Shown piece after piece: positions 8,410 to 17,387 of a stretch of 48,081 nt of DNA. Made by a program: the position numbers and the translations under genes. Positions within the stretch are counted from its first letter, which is position 1; each line of letters starts with the position of its first letter. A model generated the notes under the pieces. It was given only the letters and a program-made list of their open reading frames with translations, made no database searches and had not been told where the DNA came from. Location of the stretch: assembly GCA_002402995.1 (NCBI GenBank), contig DHGX01000004.1, positions 312,019 to 360,099 on the forward strand, in the 5' to 3' direction. The DNA comes from Patescibacteria group bacterium UBA4787. GTDB lineage: Bacteria > Patescibacteriota > Patescibacteriia > UBA2591 > UBA4787.

Positions 8410-8832
8410 TTACCAAACTTCGCAAATTAATTCTCCGCCTGTTTTCTTTTTGCGCGCTTCTTTACCCGTCAAAAGTCCGTGTGGCGTAGATAAAATTAAA
8501 AGACCAAATCCATTTCGTACCTTGTATATTTTGTCGGTTGTAATATAGAGACGACAACCCGGAGCACTCAGTCTTTTAAGACTACCAATAACAGGTTTAT
8601 TCTCAATATATTTTAAACCTATCTTCAACCATTTAAAAACGATCTGTTTTTTTCTTTTGCTTTTTTCGTTTTTGAGTTTTTCAATAATTTCTACTTTAGA
8701 GACCCAACCTTCGCGCGCTAAAATTTGTGCCAGGTCATGTTTAATTTTTGAACAGGGAATTAAGATTTCTGGCTTGCCAGCAGCTTGAGCATTTTTGATT
8801 CTTGAAAGCATGTCACTTATTGGATCGGTCAT
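8410..8832 (-). CDS. rpsH: 30S ribosomal protein S8
   Basis: MTDPISDMLSRIKNA start (ATG 8832; the track extends to 8844) and C-terminal GGELICEVW. Confidence 0.9.
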   Translation of the reverse strand: MTDPISDMLSRIKNAQAAGKPEILIPCSKIKHDLAQILAREGWVSKVEIIEKLKNEKSKRKKQIVFKWLKIGLKYIENKPVIGSLKRLSAPGCRLYITTDKIYKVRNGFGLLILSTPHGLLTGKEARKKKTGGELICEVW

Positions 8833-8868
8833 ATTGATTAACAAATATATTTATTTAAATTAATAATT

Positions 8869-9054
8869 CTACCAACTAGACTTCCTTATGCCTGGGATAG
8901 CGCCCTTATTCGCTAATTCACGAAAACATATGCGACATAAATCAAAGTCGCGCATATAACCATGGCGTCGGCCACATCGCCAACAACGACTAATCTTACG
9001 GGTCGAATATTTATTTTTTCTTGATGATTTTACGATTTGAGCAGTGGTAGCCAT
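8869..9054 (-). CDS. rpsN: 30S ribosomal protein S14, zinc-ribbon (type Z) form
   Basis: 61 aa from ATG 9054, with CWRCGRRHGYMRDFDLCRICFRE and a terminal W. Confidence 0.9.
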   Translation of the reverse strand: MATTAQIVKSSRKNKYSTRKISRCWRCGRRHGYMRDFDLCRICFRELANKGAIPGIRKSSW

Positions 9055-9061
9055 AATTATT

Positions 9062-9604
9062 TTATTTTTTAAAAGGAAAACCAAATAATTTAAATAATTC
9101 TATTCCCTTTTTCTTGTCTCGAGCGGTAGTAGTAACAGTGATTTGCAATCCATGAACACGTTCAACCTCTTCGGATTTAACCTCGGGAAAAACGACTTGC
9201 TCTTTAAGACCAAAATTAAAATTACCGAACTGATCCACAGAATTTTCATTTAAACCGCGAAAATCTTTAATGCGGGGGATAGAAACGTTAATTAATTTAT
9301 TCAAAAAATCATACATTCTTTTACCGCGAATGGTTACCATTAAAGCAACGCTCAGACCTTCCCTAATTTTAAACCCGGCTATTGATTTCTTGGCTTTAAT
9401 CTCAATGGGTTTTTGGCCGGTTATTTTGGTTATGGTATTTTTAACCATATCAATAAATTTTCCATCTTGTTCCACTAATGCTCGATTGAGGCCGCACAGA
9501 ACTATGATCTTTTCTACTTTAGGAACTTCCATCACATTATAAATATCGAACGAACTCATCATCGCCGGAATAATTTCTTTTTGATATTTCTCTTTAAGGG
9601 TCAT
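9062..9604 (-). CDS. rplE: 50S ribosomal protein L5
   Basis: 180 aa with MTLKEKYQKEIIPAMM and FRGLNENSVDQFGNFNFGLKEQVVFPE. Confidence 0.9.
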   Translation of the reverse strand: MTLKEKYQKEIIPAMMSSFDIYNVMEVPKVEKIIVLCGLNRALVEQDGKFIDMVKNTITKITGQKPIEIKAKKSIAGFKIREGLSVALMVTIRGKRMYDFLNKLINVSIPRIKDFRGLNENSVDQFGNFNFGLKEQVVFPEVKSEEVERVHGLQITVTTTARDKKKGIELFKLFGFPFKK

Positions 9605-9640
9605 AATAAATATGAATAAACTATAGAAAATAAATAAAAA

Positions 9641-9961
9641 TTAAATTAATTCATTACATTTACGACAAAAACGATTTTTCTTGCCATCGGCTAAAATCTT
9701 GTAGCCAACCTTAATCGCCTTAGAACATTTAGGACAAACCAACATAATTTTCGCCGCATTGAGTTTCCCTGGAAATTGGATGCGTTGGCCTTTTTCATTT
9801 TCTCGTTTCGGGCGAACATTTTTATATAATAAATTTAATCCCTCAACAACTATTTTATTATCGTCGGGAAAAACTCTAAGTATCTTTCCTTTTTTACCGC
9901 GATCTTTGCCACTGATAATCTGCACTAAATCCCCTTTTTTAATTTTCATTTTCGACGCCAT
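9641..9961 (-). CDS. rplX: 50S ribosomal protein L24 (with C-terminal CxxC..CxxC ribbon)
   Basis: KOW motif KKGDLVQIISGKDRGKKGKI, then CPKC....CRKC near the C-terminus. Confidence 0.9.
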   Translation of the reverse strand: MASKMKIKKGDLVQIISGKDRGKKGKILRVFPDDNKIVVEGLNLLYKNVRPKRENEKGQRIQFPGKLNAAKIMLVCPKCSKAIKVGYKILADGKKNRFCRKCNELI

Positions 9962-10013
9962 AAATTTAAATTATTTTTACTCACTACACCTACCAATTAT
10001 ACTTGTTTATCAA

Positions 10014-10385
10014 TTATAAAACCTCTGGAGCCAGCGAGACTATTTTAATAAAACCGCGACTTCTTAATTCTCTAGCCACGGGACCAAAAATACGCGTCCC
10101 TTTCGGTTCTTTCGTGGTTGGATCGACAATTACTGCCGCATTATCGTCAAATCTAATATAGGAACCGTCAGGCCTTCTAAATTCTTTTCTCGTTCTGACA
10201 ACAACTGCATGAACTATTTCTTTTCTTTTAACAGTACCGTAAGGAATAGCTTCTTTAACCACCGCTGTAATCATATCACCAATCCTCGCATATCTTCTTT
10301 GATACCCTCTTTCTACCTTAATGCATTGGAGTTTTTTGGCCCCACTGTTGTCGGCTGCTTTTAACATTGAACGAAGCTGGATCAT
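10014..10385 (-). CDS. rplN: 50S ribosomal protein L14
   Basis: [17 protein letters not shown] ... FGPVARELR. Confidence 0.95.
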   Translation of the reverse strand: MIQLRSMLKAADNSGAKKLQCIKVERGYQRRYARIGDMITAVVKEAIPYGTVKRKEIVHAVVVRTRKEFRRPDGSYIRFDDNAAVIVDPTTKEPKGTRIFGPVARELRSRGFIKIVSLAPEVL

Positions 10386-10398
10386 GTCCCTGTAATAT

Positions 10399-10653
10399 TT
10401 ATTTTATAATTTTTACCAACATCCATCTTTTCTCTTTGGAAAAAGGACGACACTCTTCAAAACTTACCACATCGCCCGGCTTGGCAGAATTATTTTCATC
10501 GTGAACTTTAAATTTTCTTCTGATTTTATATCTTTTGTGATATTTTTTATGTTCTTTAATTCTTTCAACCGTCACAACGATGGTTTTTTTCATCTTGTTA
10601 GATAATACCACACCTTGAAATTTCCTTTTATTATTTTTTGTCGACTCTGTCAT
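10399..10653 (-). CDS. rpsQ: 30S ribosomal protein S17
   Basis: 84 aa with [29 protein letters not shown], and operon position. Confidence 0.9.
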   Translation of the reverse strand: MTESTKNNKRKFQGVVLSNKMKKTIVVTVERIKEHKKYHKRYKIRRKFKVHDENNSAKPGDVVSFEECRPFSKEKRWMLVKIIK

Positions 10654-10657
10654 ATTA

Positions 10658-10846
10658 TTATGATAATTTAACTTTTAAAATAGTTAGAATTCTAGCGATG
10701 TCTCTTTTTAATTTCCTAACGTCTCGAACATTTTTGGATTGTTTTAAGTGTATATCAAAATTAAGCTCTCGTAGTTTTTCGCGCTTCTCCGCCAATAAAC
10801 CATTCAATTCATGTTCTGTTTTTTGGTGTAAATCTTTTAGTCTCAT
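10658..10846 (-). CDS. rpmC: 50S ribosomal protein L29
   Basis: 62-aa helical protein located between rplP and rpsQ. Confidence 0.85.
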   Translation of the reverse strand: MRLKDLHQKTEHELNGLLAEKREKLRELNFDIHLKQSKNVRDVRKLKRDIARILTILKVKLS

Positions 10847-10856
10847 AAATAAAAAA

Positions 10857-11261
10857 TCAACCCTTTATAAATAAAGTACGGACCGGTAATTTATGAGAAG
10901 CTAATCTAAGAGCTTCTTTCGCTTGTTCTTCGGTTATACCGGTTAATTCAAATAGAATCATGCCCTTTTTAACAGCGGCGACATAATGATCAACCGCCCC
11001 TTTCCCGCCACCCATAGGAACCTCTGCTCCTTTGGTCGTGATCGGTTTGTCTGGAAAAATTCTGATCCAAAGCTTTCCACCCCTTTTCAAGAAATGCATA
11101 ATAGCTCGTCGAGACGCCTCAATTTGCTTGGAAGTGACCCAACAACTATCTAAACTCTTTAATCCGAATTCTCCGAAACTAAGGCTAATTTTCCGTACGG
11201 CTTTGCCGCGGATTCTGCCTTTCATCATTTTTCTGTATTTTACTTTCTTGGGCAACAACAT
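10857..11261 (-). CDS. rplP: 50S ribosomal protein L16
   Basis: [11 protein letters not shown] start. The gene ends with a TGA stop at 10857-10859. Confidence 0.95.
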   Translation of the reverse strand: MLLPKKVKYRKMMKGRIRGKAVRKISLSFGEFGLKSLDSCWVTSKQIEASRRAIMHFLKRGGKLWIRIFPDKPITTKGAEVPMGGGKGAVDHYVAAVKKGMILFELTGITEEQAKEALRLASHKLPVRTLFIKG

Positions 11262-11274
11262 ATTCTTAAAATTA

Positions 11275-11919
11275 CTATTTTTTATTAAAAACTTCGCCGC
11301 GATAAATCCAAATTTTTAAGCCAATGGCACCGTAAATAGTATGGGCAATACCGCGAGAATAATCAATATCCGCGCGTAAAGTATGGAGCGGCATTTTTCC
11401 CCAGGATAAAGCTTCGCGTCTTGCAATTTCCGCGCCATCTAAGCGGCCACCGATGTTTATTTTTACACCTACCGCGCCAGCCGTTTTCACTTGATCGATA
11501 GTTTTTTTCAGAACACGTCTAAAATGCAATCTGTTTTCGATATCAGTGATCATTGACTCTAAAACAACTTGAGCGCAAAGCATCGGCGTCGAAACCTCCT
11601 GAACGATGACTTCTAAATTAACTTTTTTGTCTAGAAATTTTTCTTTAATTTCTTTTTTAGTCTTGTCGATATCTGCTCCGCCGCGACCGATTACCACGCC
11701 CGGCTTGGCCGTATGGATTATTATTTTCAAATTATTACGCGATCTCTCAATGTTTACTTTGTCGATACCGGCATTTTTCAGTTTCTTCTGAATAAATTTT
11801 CTAATTTGCGTATCTTCTTTCAAAAATTTTTTAAAATTAACTAGGTCGGCGAACCATTTCGATTCCCAAGTTTTTATCATCGGTATTCTTAAAATTTTTG
11901 GATTACATTTTTGCCCCAC
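11275..11919 (-). CDS. rpsC: 30S ribosomal protein S3
   Basis: [11 protein letters not shown] start and a KH-domain region [11 protein letters not shown]. Confidence 0.95.
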   Translation of the reverse strand: MGQKCNPKILRIPMIKTWESKWFADLVNFKKFLKEDTQIRKFIQKKLKNAGIDKVNIERSRNNLKIIIHTAKPGVVIGRGGADIDKTKKEIKEKFLDKKVNLEVIVQEVSTPMLCAQVVLESMITDIENRLHFRRVLKKTIDQVKTAGAVGVKINIGGRLDGAEIARREALSWGKMPLHTLRADIDYSRGIAHTIYGAIGLKIWIYRGEVFNKK

Positions 11920-11939
11920 AAATTTAAATTTAACTTTTA

Positions 11940-12530
11940 TTAAATAGTTTTTCTTCTAAATATTTTTTTGATCAAACCGAATTTTCCCTTGCTTCTTAAT
12001 TTGTCTAAATTCTGCTGACTGCGATGTTTGGCCACGCGCGTCTTGTCAAATATATTTTTAACCAAAGATTCTTTGCTTCCATGTGTTCCTACCCCAACAT
12101 CCTCCATGGTTCTAACTATTCCTTCTTGTGGCATTTCATCTAAAACTACAGGCTTTTCTTCCTTTTTAACTTTTTTATTTTTTTTCTTACCTGTGTCCTT
12201 TAATTCATCTAAAATAATTACGATTTGAGAGCTTCTTTTTATGATTGGAGTGGCACGACCCATGGCTTTTGGCATCCATCTCTTTAACGAAGACCCGCTA
12301 TCAACTTTAATGATTTTGATATAAAGATTTTCCTTTTTAAGATTATAGGTATTTTCCGCATTGGCTGTGGCCGAATTTAATAGTTTCAAAAAAAGGGGAC
12401 AGGATCGGCGAGGAACAACCATTAGTTGATGCTCGGCTGCTTCTACGGGTAATCCACGAATTAGATCAGCTATTAATCTAACTTTTCTGGGAGAAATCCT
12501 TATATATTTTGCAGATGCTCTTGCTTCCAT
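11940..12530 (-). CDS. rplV: 50S ribosomal protein L22 with long Lys-rich C-terminal extension
   Basis: The L22 core (RISPRKVRLIADLIRG ... SSQIVIIL) is followed by about 85 extra residues. Confidence 0.85.
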   Translation of the reverse strand: MEARASAKYIRISPRKVRLIADLIRGLPVEAAEHQLMVVPRRSCPLFLKLLNSATANAENTYNLKKENLYIKIIKVDSGSSLKRWMPKAMGRATPIIKRSSQIVIILDELKDTGKKKNKKVKKEEKPVVLDEMPQEGIVRTMEDVGVGTHGSKESLVKNIFDKTRVAKHRSQQNLDKLRSKGKFGLIKKIFRRKTI

Positions 12531-12542
12531 AAAATGTAATTA

Positions 12543-12878
12543 TTATTTTTTCGGGGCGGGAGTGACCTCTGCTGACGTAGCCTTAGTGGCTGTTGCCGCT
12601 GCTTGCTCTATTCCTTTTTGCATTTTGCCGCCGTGTTTAACGAATTTACGAGTTGGAGAAAATTCGCCTAAATGATGGCCAACCATATCTTCAGAAATAA
12701 AAACACTAACATGAACCTTGCCATTATGGACACCAATAGTAAAACCAACCATTTCTGGGGTAATAACCGAATCACGCGACCAGGTTTTAATAATTATCTT
12801 ATCGCCTGGCTTTGATTTAGATATCTTTTCCAATAATTTCTCATCCGTCCAAGGACCTTTTTTAAGTGATCGTGCCAT
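12543..12878 (-). CDS. rpsS: 30S ribosomal protein S19
   Basis: [10 protein letters not shown]...GVHNGK.H..V.I...MVGH.LGEF..TR, plus an Ala/Thr-rich C-terminal tail. Confidence 0.9.
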   Translation of the reverse strand: MARSLKKGPWTDEKLLEKISKSKPGDKIIIKTWSRDSVITPEMVGFTIGVHNGKVHVSVFISEDMVGHHLGEFSPTRKFVKHGGKMQKGIEQAAATATKATSAEVTPAPKK

Positions 12879-12899
12879 AACAATTTATTTTATTTTATT

Positions 12900-13724
12900 T
12901 TATTTTCTTCTCTTAATTATAAATTTATTACTTGATTTATGTTTTTTTCTGGTTTTTACTCCTAAAGCCGGTTTTCCCCACGGAGTTTTTGGGTGAACCA
13001 AACCAATAGAATTTCGCGCTTCACCACCGCCATGCGGATGATCGCATGGATTCATTGCTTTACCACGAACCGAGGGTCTGATTCCTCTTTTTCTCATTCT
13101 ACCAGCCTTGCCCCAACGAATATGCTTTCTTTCCGGATTACTAATAACACCCATAGAGGCACAAGAATCTTCTGAAACAATTCTAATTTCTTTCGAGGGT
13201 AATTTTAATTGGACCATACCATTCTCGTGAACCATAACCATCGCGCCAGTTCCAGCCGAACGGACTATTTTCCCGCCTTGATCGGGGAACAGCTCAATAT
13301 TATGAACCATATAACCATCGGGAATATATTTCAATGGCATACGATTGCCGATGTTAATATCTAATTTTGATTTTGAAAAAATTATCTTGTCGCCTACCTT
13401 CAAGTTATCTGGTGCGATAATATAAGCTTTGATTCCATTAGCATAAGAAATCAAAGCAATCCAGCAAGATCTATTCGGATCATATTCGATTGATAAAACT
13501 TTGGCCGGAATATCAAAAATTTGTTGTCGAAAATCAATAACCCGATAAGTTCGCTTAACGCCACCGCCCTGATGCCTGACGGTTACCTGGCCAAAACTAC
13601 GCCCAGCATTAGATTTAATATATTTAGTCAAAGATTTTAGCGGTTTATTAGGCGCTAAATCCCTTGTGACTACGACGCTTGTGTCTCTTCTTCCCGGAGT
13701 TGTTGGTTTATAAACCTTTAGCAT
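12900..13724 (-). CDS. rplB: 50S ribosomal protein L2
   Basis: 274 aa with GRMRKRGIRPSVRGKAMNPCDHPHGGGE. Confidence 0.95.
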   Translation of the reverse strand: MLKVYKPTTPGRRDTSVVVTRDLAPNKPLKSLTKYIKSNAGRSFGQVTVRHQGGGVKRTYRVIDFRQQIFDIPAKVLSIEYDPNRSCWIALISYANGIKAYIIAPDNLKVGDKIIFSKSKLDINIGNRMPLKYIPDGYMVHNIELFPDQGGKIVRSAGTGAMVMVHENGMVQLKLPSKEIRIVSEDSCASMGVISNPERKHIRWGKAGRMRKRGIRPSVRGKAMNPCDHPHGGGEARNSIGLVHPKTPWGKPALGVKTRKKHKSSNKFIIKRRK

Positions 13725-13739
13725 AAAAAAATAATAAAT

Positions 13740-14147
13740 TTAAATTTTGGCCCTGGCATATTCGATTTTTTCACCAGATTTTAAGGTGACGACAGTTTTT
13801 CGCCAATTTTTAGTTACTCCATAACCCTTAGCCGATCTAACTTTTTTGCCAGAAACATTAATAATATTTATTTTAATTGGGTGGACACCGTACAAACTCT
13901 CGATGGCTTTCTTAATTTCGACCTTATTCGCCTTATTTTCTACCATAAAAGTATATTTACTTTGAGTCTCCATAGAACTAGCTTTTTCCGTTAAAATGGG
14001 CTTAACAATCAAACGATGAGTTGCGACATTTCTATTCTTTTTATTCAAAATAAAAGACTCTTCACTCTCATCTTTTTGAGTTTTGATAACTTTATTTTCT
14101 TCCGATTTATTAATCTTTTTTGTTCTTTTAAATATAGACATAAGCAA
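13740..14147 (-). CDS. rplW: 50S ribosomal protein L23 (apparent about 40-aa N-terminal extension)
   Basis: The core IVKPILTEKAS...FMVENKANKVEIKKAIE is L23-like. The start codon is uncertain because there is no internal Met before the core. Confidence 0.8.
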   Translation of the reverse strand: MLMSIFKRTKKINKSEENKVIKTQKDESEESFILNKKNRNVATHRLIVKPILTEKASSMETQSKYTFMVENKANKVEIKKAIESLYGVHPIKINIINVSGKKVRSAKGYGVTKNWRKTVVTLKSGEKIEYARAKI

Positions 14148-14149
14148 AA

Positions 14150-14788
14150 TTAGGCCTTTTTATATGTTTCTTCCAAAACTTTTAACGCACCTTTAGTAAT
14201 GATCAAAAAACTATAATTTAACAAATCAATTAAACTAATATTATTAATGCGATTAATTTTTAAAAGGGGCAAATTTCTAGCCGAAAAAAATAAACCTTTT
14301 GAATATTTATCGTTAAGTATTAGTGTTTTTTCTCCGTTTGACGGTAATTTTTTTATTATATTATTTAAGAAATCTTTGGTTTTTATATTTTTTATAATAA
14401 ATTTATCAACTACGACTAATTTGTTATTGGATAATTTATCAGAAAGCACCATAAACAAAGCCTTTCTTTCCATTTTTTTATTAACCTTCTTGGTAAAATT
14501 GACATTTGAGCGTGGGCCGAAAGTAACACCACCGCCTTTCCAAAGAGGAGATCTAATTGATCCGGCACGAGCTCGTCCTGTTCCTTTCTGTTTCCATGGC
14601 TTTTTGCCACCACCACGAACTTCACCCTTCGTTTTGGTATGAGCAATTGGCTTTCTTAAACCAGCGAGCTTCATCTCAACCACCTGTCTGACAATGTCCG
14701 GATTGGGCTTAAGACCAAAAATTTCTTGAGAAAGATTCACTTCTCCCGTCGCTTCTCCGCTTTGATTGTAAACACCTATTTTTAACAT
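14150..14788 (-). CDS. rplD: 50S ribosomal protein L4
   Basis: 212 aa with KGEVRGGGKKPWKQKGTGRARAGSIRSPLWKGGG. Confidence 0.95.
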   Translation of the reverse strand: MLKIGVYNQSGEATGEVNLSQEIFGLKPNPDIVRQVVEMKLAGLRKPIAHTKTKGEVRGGGKKPWKQKGTGRARAGSIRSPLWKGGGVTFGPRSNVNFTKKVNKKMERKALFMVLSDKLSNNKLVVVDKFIIKNIKTKDFLNNIIKKLPSNGEKTLILNDKYSKGLFFSARNLPLLKINRINNISLIDLLNYSFLIITKGALKVLEETYKKA

Positions 14789-14790
14789 AA

Positions 14791-15405
14791 TTAATTTTTG
14801 GTTTTAATCTCTATTAAGGCGTTTTCTCCGCCTGCTATCGCGCCCCTAATTGATAAAATATTTTTTTCCGGATTAATATCAATAATTTCTAAATTTTTTA
14901 AGGTTATGCGTTCACTACCCATTCGACCAGCCATTCTTTTTCCTTTTTGCACTTTACCAGAATGAGCGCGGATAGAACCAATAGAACCAGGCATTCTTAA
15001 TTGATCTTTATGCCCATGGGTTGCGGGATGACCCTTAAAATGATGTCTTTTAACAACGCCCTGAAAACCCCTACCGATTGACACCGAAGAGACATCTATA
15101 ATGTCACCTTTTATAAAAATAGACACGTCTATCTTGTCACCTGTTTTGTAATTTTCAGTATTATCAACTCTAAATTCTTTTATATATTTAAAATTGCCCA
15201 ATTCTTTCAATTGTCCCTTTTGTGGTTTATTCAATTTCTTTTTGGAACCAAAACCTAATTGCACCGCCTGGTACTTGTCTTTATCGTGTATGCGAAGCGC
15301 GGTTATAATGCATGGTCCAGCCTGCACCAAAGTAACTGGGACAACGTTGCCATCTTCAGAAAAAATCTGGCTCATTCCAATTTTTTTACCCAAGATAAAT
15401 CTCAT
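14791..15405 (-). CDS. rplC: 50S ribosomal protein L3
   Basis: The canonical start MRFILGKKIGMSQIF is at ATG 15405; the track ORF extends to a TTG at 15450. Also contains GRGFQGVVKRH. Confidence 0.9.
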   Translation of the reverse strand: MRFILGKKIGMSQIFSEDGNVVPVTLVQAGPCIITALRIHDKDKYQAVQLGFGSKKKLNKPQKGQLKELGNFKYIKEFRVDNTENYKTGDKIDVSIFIKGDIIDVSSVSIGRGFQGVVKRHHFKGHPATHGHKDQLRMPGSIGSIRAHSGKVQKGKRMAGRMGSERITLKNLEIIDINPEKNILSIRGAIAGGENALIEIKTKN

Positions 15406-15452
15406 AAAAACTAATATTTTAACAAAGTGTTGATGAAAAAACGAAAACAAAA

Positions 15453-15521
15453 AACCGGACTTTGAGTCTAAATCCTCGGGAAGACAAATAAGATTAAGGG
15501 TTTGACCTAAAAAATCCGGTT
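15453..15521 (-). promoter_or_regulatory. Long imperfect hairpin plus U-run (terminator/attenuator-like) in the rpsJ-rplC spacer
   Basis: On the minus strand, AACCGGA...UCCGGUU closes a 69-nt imperfect hairpin, followed by UUUUGUUUUCGUUUUUU. It sits in a 209-nt gap between genes that are normally adjacent. Confidence 0.3.
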
Positions 15522-15614
15522 AATAATTAATTAAATTTAAAACAATACTGTAGGTGTCTTAAATTTAAAGATTAAAACTAAATTAGCCCCATTTAAAAAC
15601 CCTGAGCGGAAAAT

Positions 15615-15965
15615 CTACATTTTAATTTCCACGTCTACGCCTGCCGGCAAAGATAAATTTGTCAAAGCTTCAATGGTCTGTGGCGTGATATCGACTAGAT
15701 CTATCAATCTTTTGTGCGTTCTGATCTCGTATTGATCGCGCGCATCTTTTTTGACGAACGTAGAACGAAGCACAGTGTATTTCCTTTTATCGGTCGGTAA
15801 AGGAATCGGTCCGATCGCTTTAGCGCCAGTGCGTTTAATCGTATCAACGATATTCTTTAGGGATTCGTCGATAATACGGTGATCGTAAGCCTTAATTTTA
15901 ATTCTAACTCTGTTTTTATAAGGTTCCCCTTGTTTAGGATTTTTTTTCTTGTCTTCTTCAGACAT
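15615..15965 (-). CDS. rpsJ: 30S ribosomal protein S10
   Basis: [15 protein letters not shown]...RTHKRLIDL. Confidence 0.95.
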   Translation of the reverse strand: MSEEDKKKNPKQGEPYKNRVRIKIKAYDHRIIDESLKNIVDTIKRTGAKAIGPIPLPTDKRKYTVLRSTFVKKDARDQYEIRTHKRLIDLVDITPQTIEALTNLSLPAGVDVEIKM

Positions 15966-16010
15966 AATGTTTAATTAATAAAGAGCTGAAATAAAGAGCT
16001 GAAAATTATT

Positions 16011-17216
16011 TTATTTAATAATCTTTGTAACAACACCAGCGCCTACCGTCTTACCGCCTTCGCGAATAGCGAATCTTTGTTGTTCTTCAAGCGCAATAGA
16101 CTTAATTAATTTAACGGTTACATTTAAAGTGTCGCCTGGCATAGCCATTTCCGTGCCTTCGGGAAGAATGACATCACCGGTCACATCAGTTGTACGAATA
16201 TAAAATTGGGGCTTGTAACCCTTGAAGAATGGAGTATGGCGCCCGCCTTCGTCTTTAGTAAGCACATAAACCTGGGCCAAAAAATCAGTATGTGGGTTGA
16301 CACTACCCGGTTTAGCAATAACTTGACCGCGCTCTACATCTTCCTTTTTAGTGCCACGCAATAAAATACCCGCATTATCGCCAGCCTGACCCTCATCAAG
16401 CGTCTTTCTGAACATCTCGATACCTGTTATCACGGTTTTTTGTGTTGGGTTTAAACCGATAATCTCTATTTCATCATTAATCTTAGCAATACCTCGTTCA
16501 ATTTTACCAGTAACAACGGTGCCACGACCTTCGATAGAAAAGATATCTTCAACTGGCATTAAAAATGGTTTATCAACATCGCGTTTCGGCTCCGGAACAT
16601 AAGAGTCGAGCATATCTGCTAATTTCAAAATTGGACCGCACCGTTGACAATCAACCTTACCGCAACCGCATTCCAGGGCCTTAAGAGCTGACCCTTCAAT
16701 AATAGGAACTTCATCGCCAGGAAACTCGTATTTTTTTAATAAATCACGAACTTCTTCTTTAACAATATCAACCAATTCTTTGTCTTCAACCATATCTATC
16801 TTATTCAAAAAAACAATAATTGCCGGAACACTAACTTGGTGAGCGAGTAAAATATGCTCTCTGGTTTGAGGCATTGGGCCATCTGGAGCGGAAACCACCA
16901 AGATTGCTCCATCCATTTGAGCCGCGCCGGTAATCATATTCTTAATATAGTCAGCATGACCCGGACAATCAATATGCGCATAATGCCTTTTGTCGGTCTC
17001 GTATTCAACGTGAGCTAGATTAATAGTAATACCACGCTCTTTCTCTTCTGGGGCATTATCAATTTGATCCACGCCCTTTACGTCTGCTTTTTTACCGGCC
17101 CCCTGTAAACACTTGAGAATAGCGGCGGTAAGTGTGGTTTTGCCATGATCAACATGACCAATTGTTCCTACGTTGACATGGGTTTTATTTCTTAAAAATT
17201 TCTCTTTTTCTGCCAT
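16011..17216 (-). CDS. tuf: Elongation factor Tu
   Basis: [22 protein letters not shown] and GRGTVVTG motifs. A Cys-rich loop insertion is present (see findings). Confidence 0.97.
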   Translation of the reverse strand: MAEKEKFLRNKTHVNVGTIGHVDHGKTTLTAAILKCLQGAGKKADVKGVDQIDNAPEEKERGITINLAHVEYETDKRHYAHIDCPGHADYIKNMITGAAQMDGAILVVSAPDGPMPQTREHILLAHQVSVPAIIVFLNKIDMVEDKELVDIVKEEVRDLLKKYEFPGDEVPIIEGSALKALECGCGKVDCQRCGPILKLADMLDSYVPEPKRDVDKPFLMPVEDIFSIEGRGTVVTGKIERGIAKINDEIEIIGLNPTQKTVITGIEMFRKTLDEGQAGDNAGILLRGTKKEDVERGQVIAKPGSVNPHTDFLAQVYVLTKDEGGRHTPFFKGYKPQFYIRTTDVTGDVILPEGTEMAMPGDTLNVTVKLIKSIALEEQQRFAIREGGKTVGAGVVTKIIK

Positions 17217-17304
17217 ATTTTTCCTCTTTAAATAATCGCGGTAAACGCGAATTTGTTATTTATTTTATTATTAACTTGTCCTTAACTTAGATTCTTTATC
17301 TTAA

Positions 17305-17326
17305 TTGATCTTTTTAAAAAGATCAA
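17305..17326. repeat. Perfect 22-bp palindrome in the fusA-tuf spacer
   Basis: TTGATCTTTTTAAAAAGATCAA is its own reverse complement. Confidence 0.9.
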
Positions 17327-17387
17327 TAAAGTTTTCAACAATTAATATTTAATTATAAACAAAAAGCCAAAAAATGTCAATACGATT

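Noticed and set aside
8869-9961. Cys4 zinc-ribbon motifs in S14, L24 and L28 as something novel
   Set aside because: Zinc-binding (C+) forms of S14 and L28 are well known. A CxxC..CxxC L24 occurs in Thermus, by my recollection of that sequence. This is ordinary variation.
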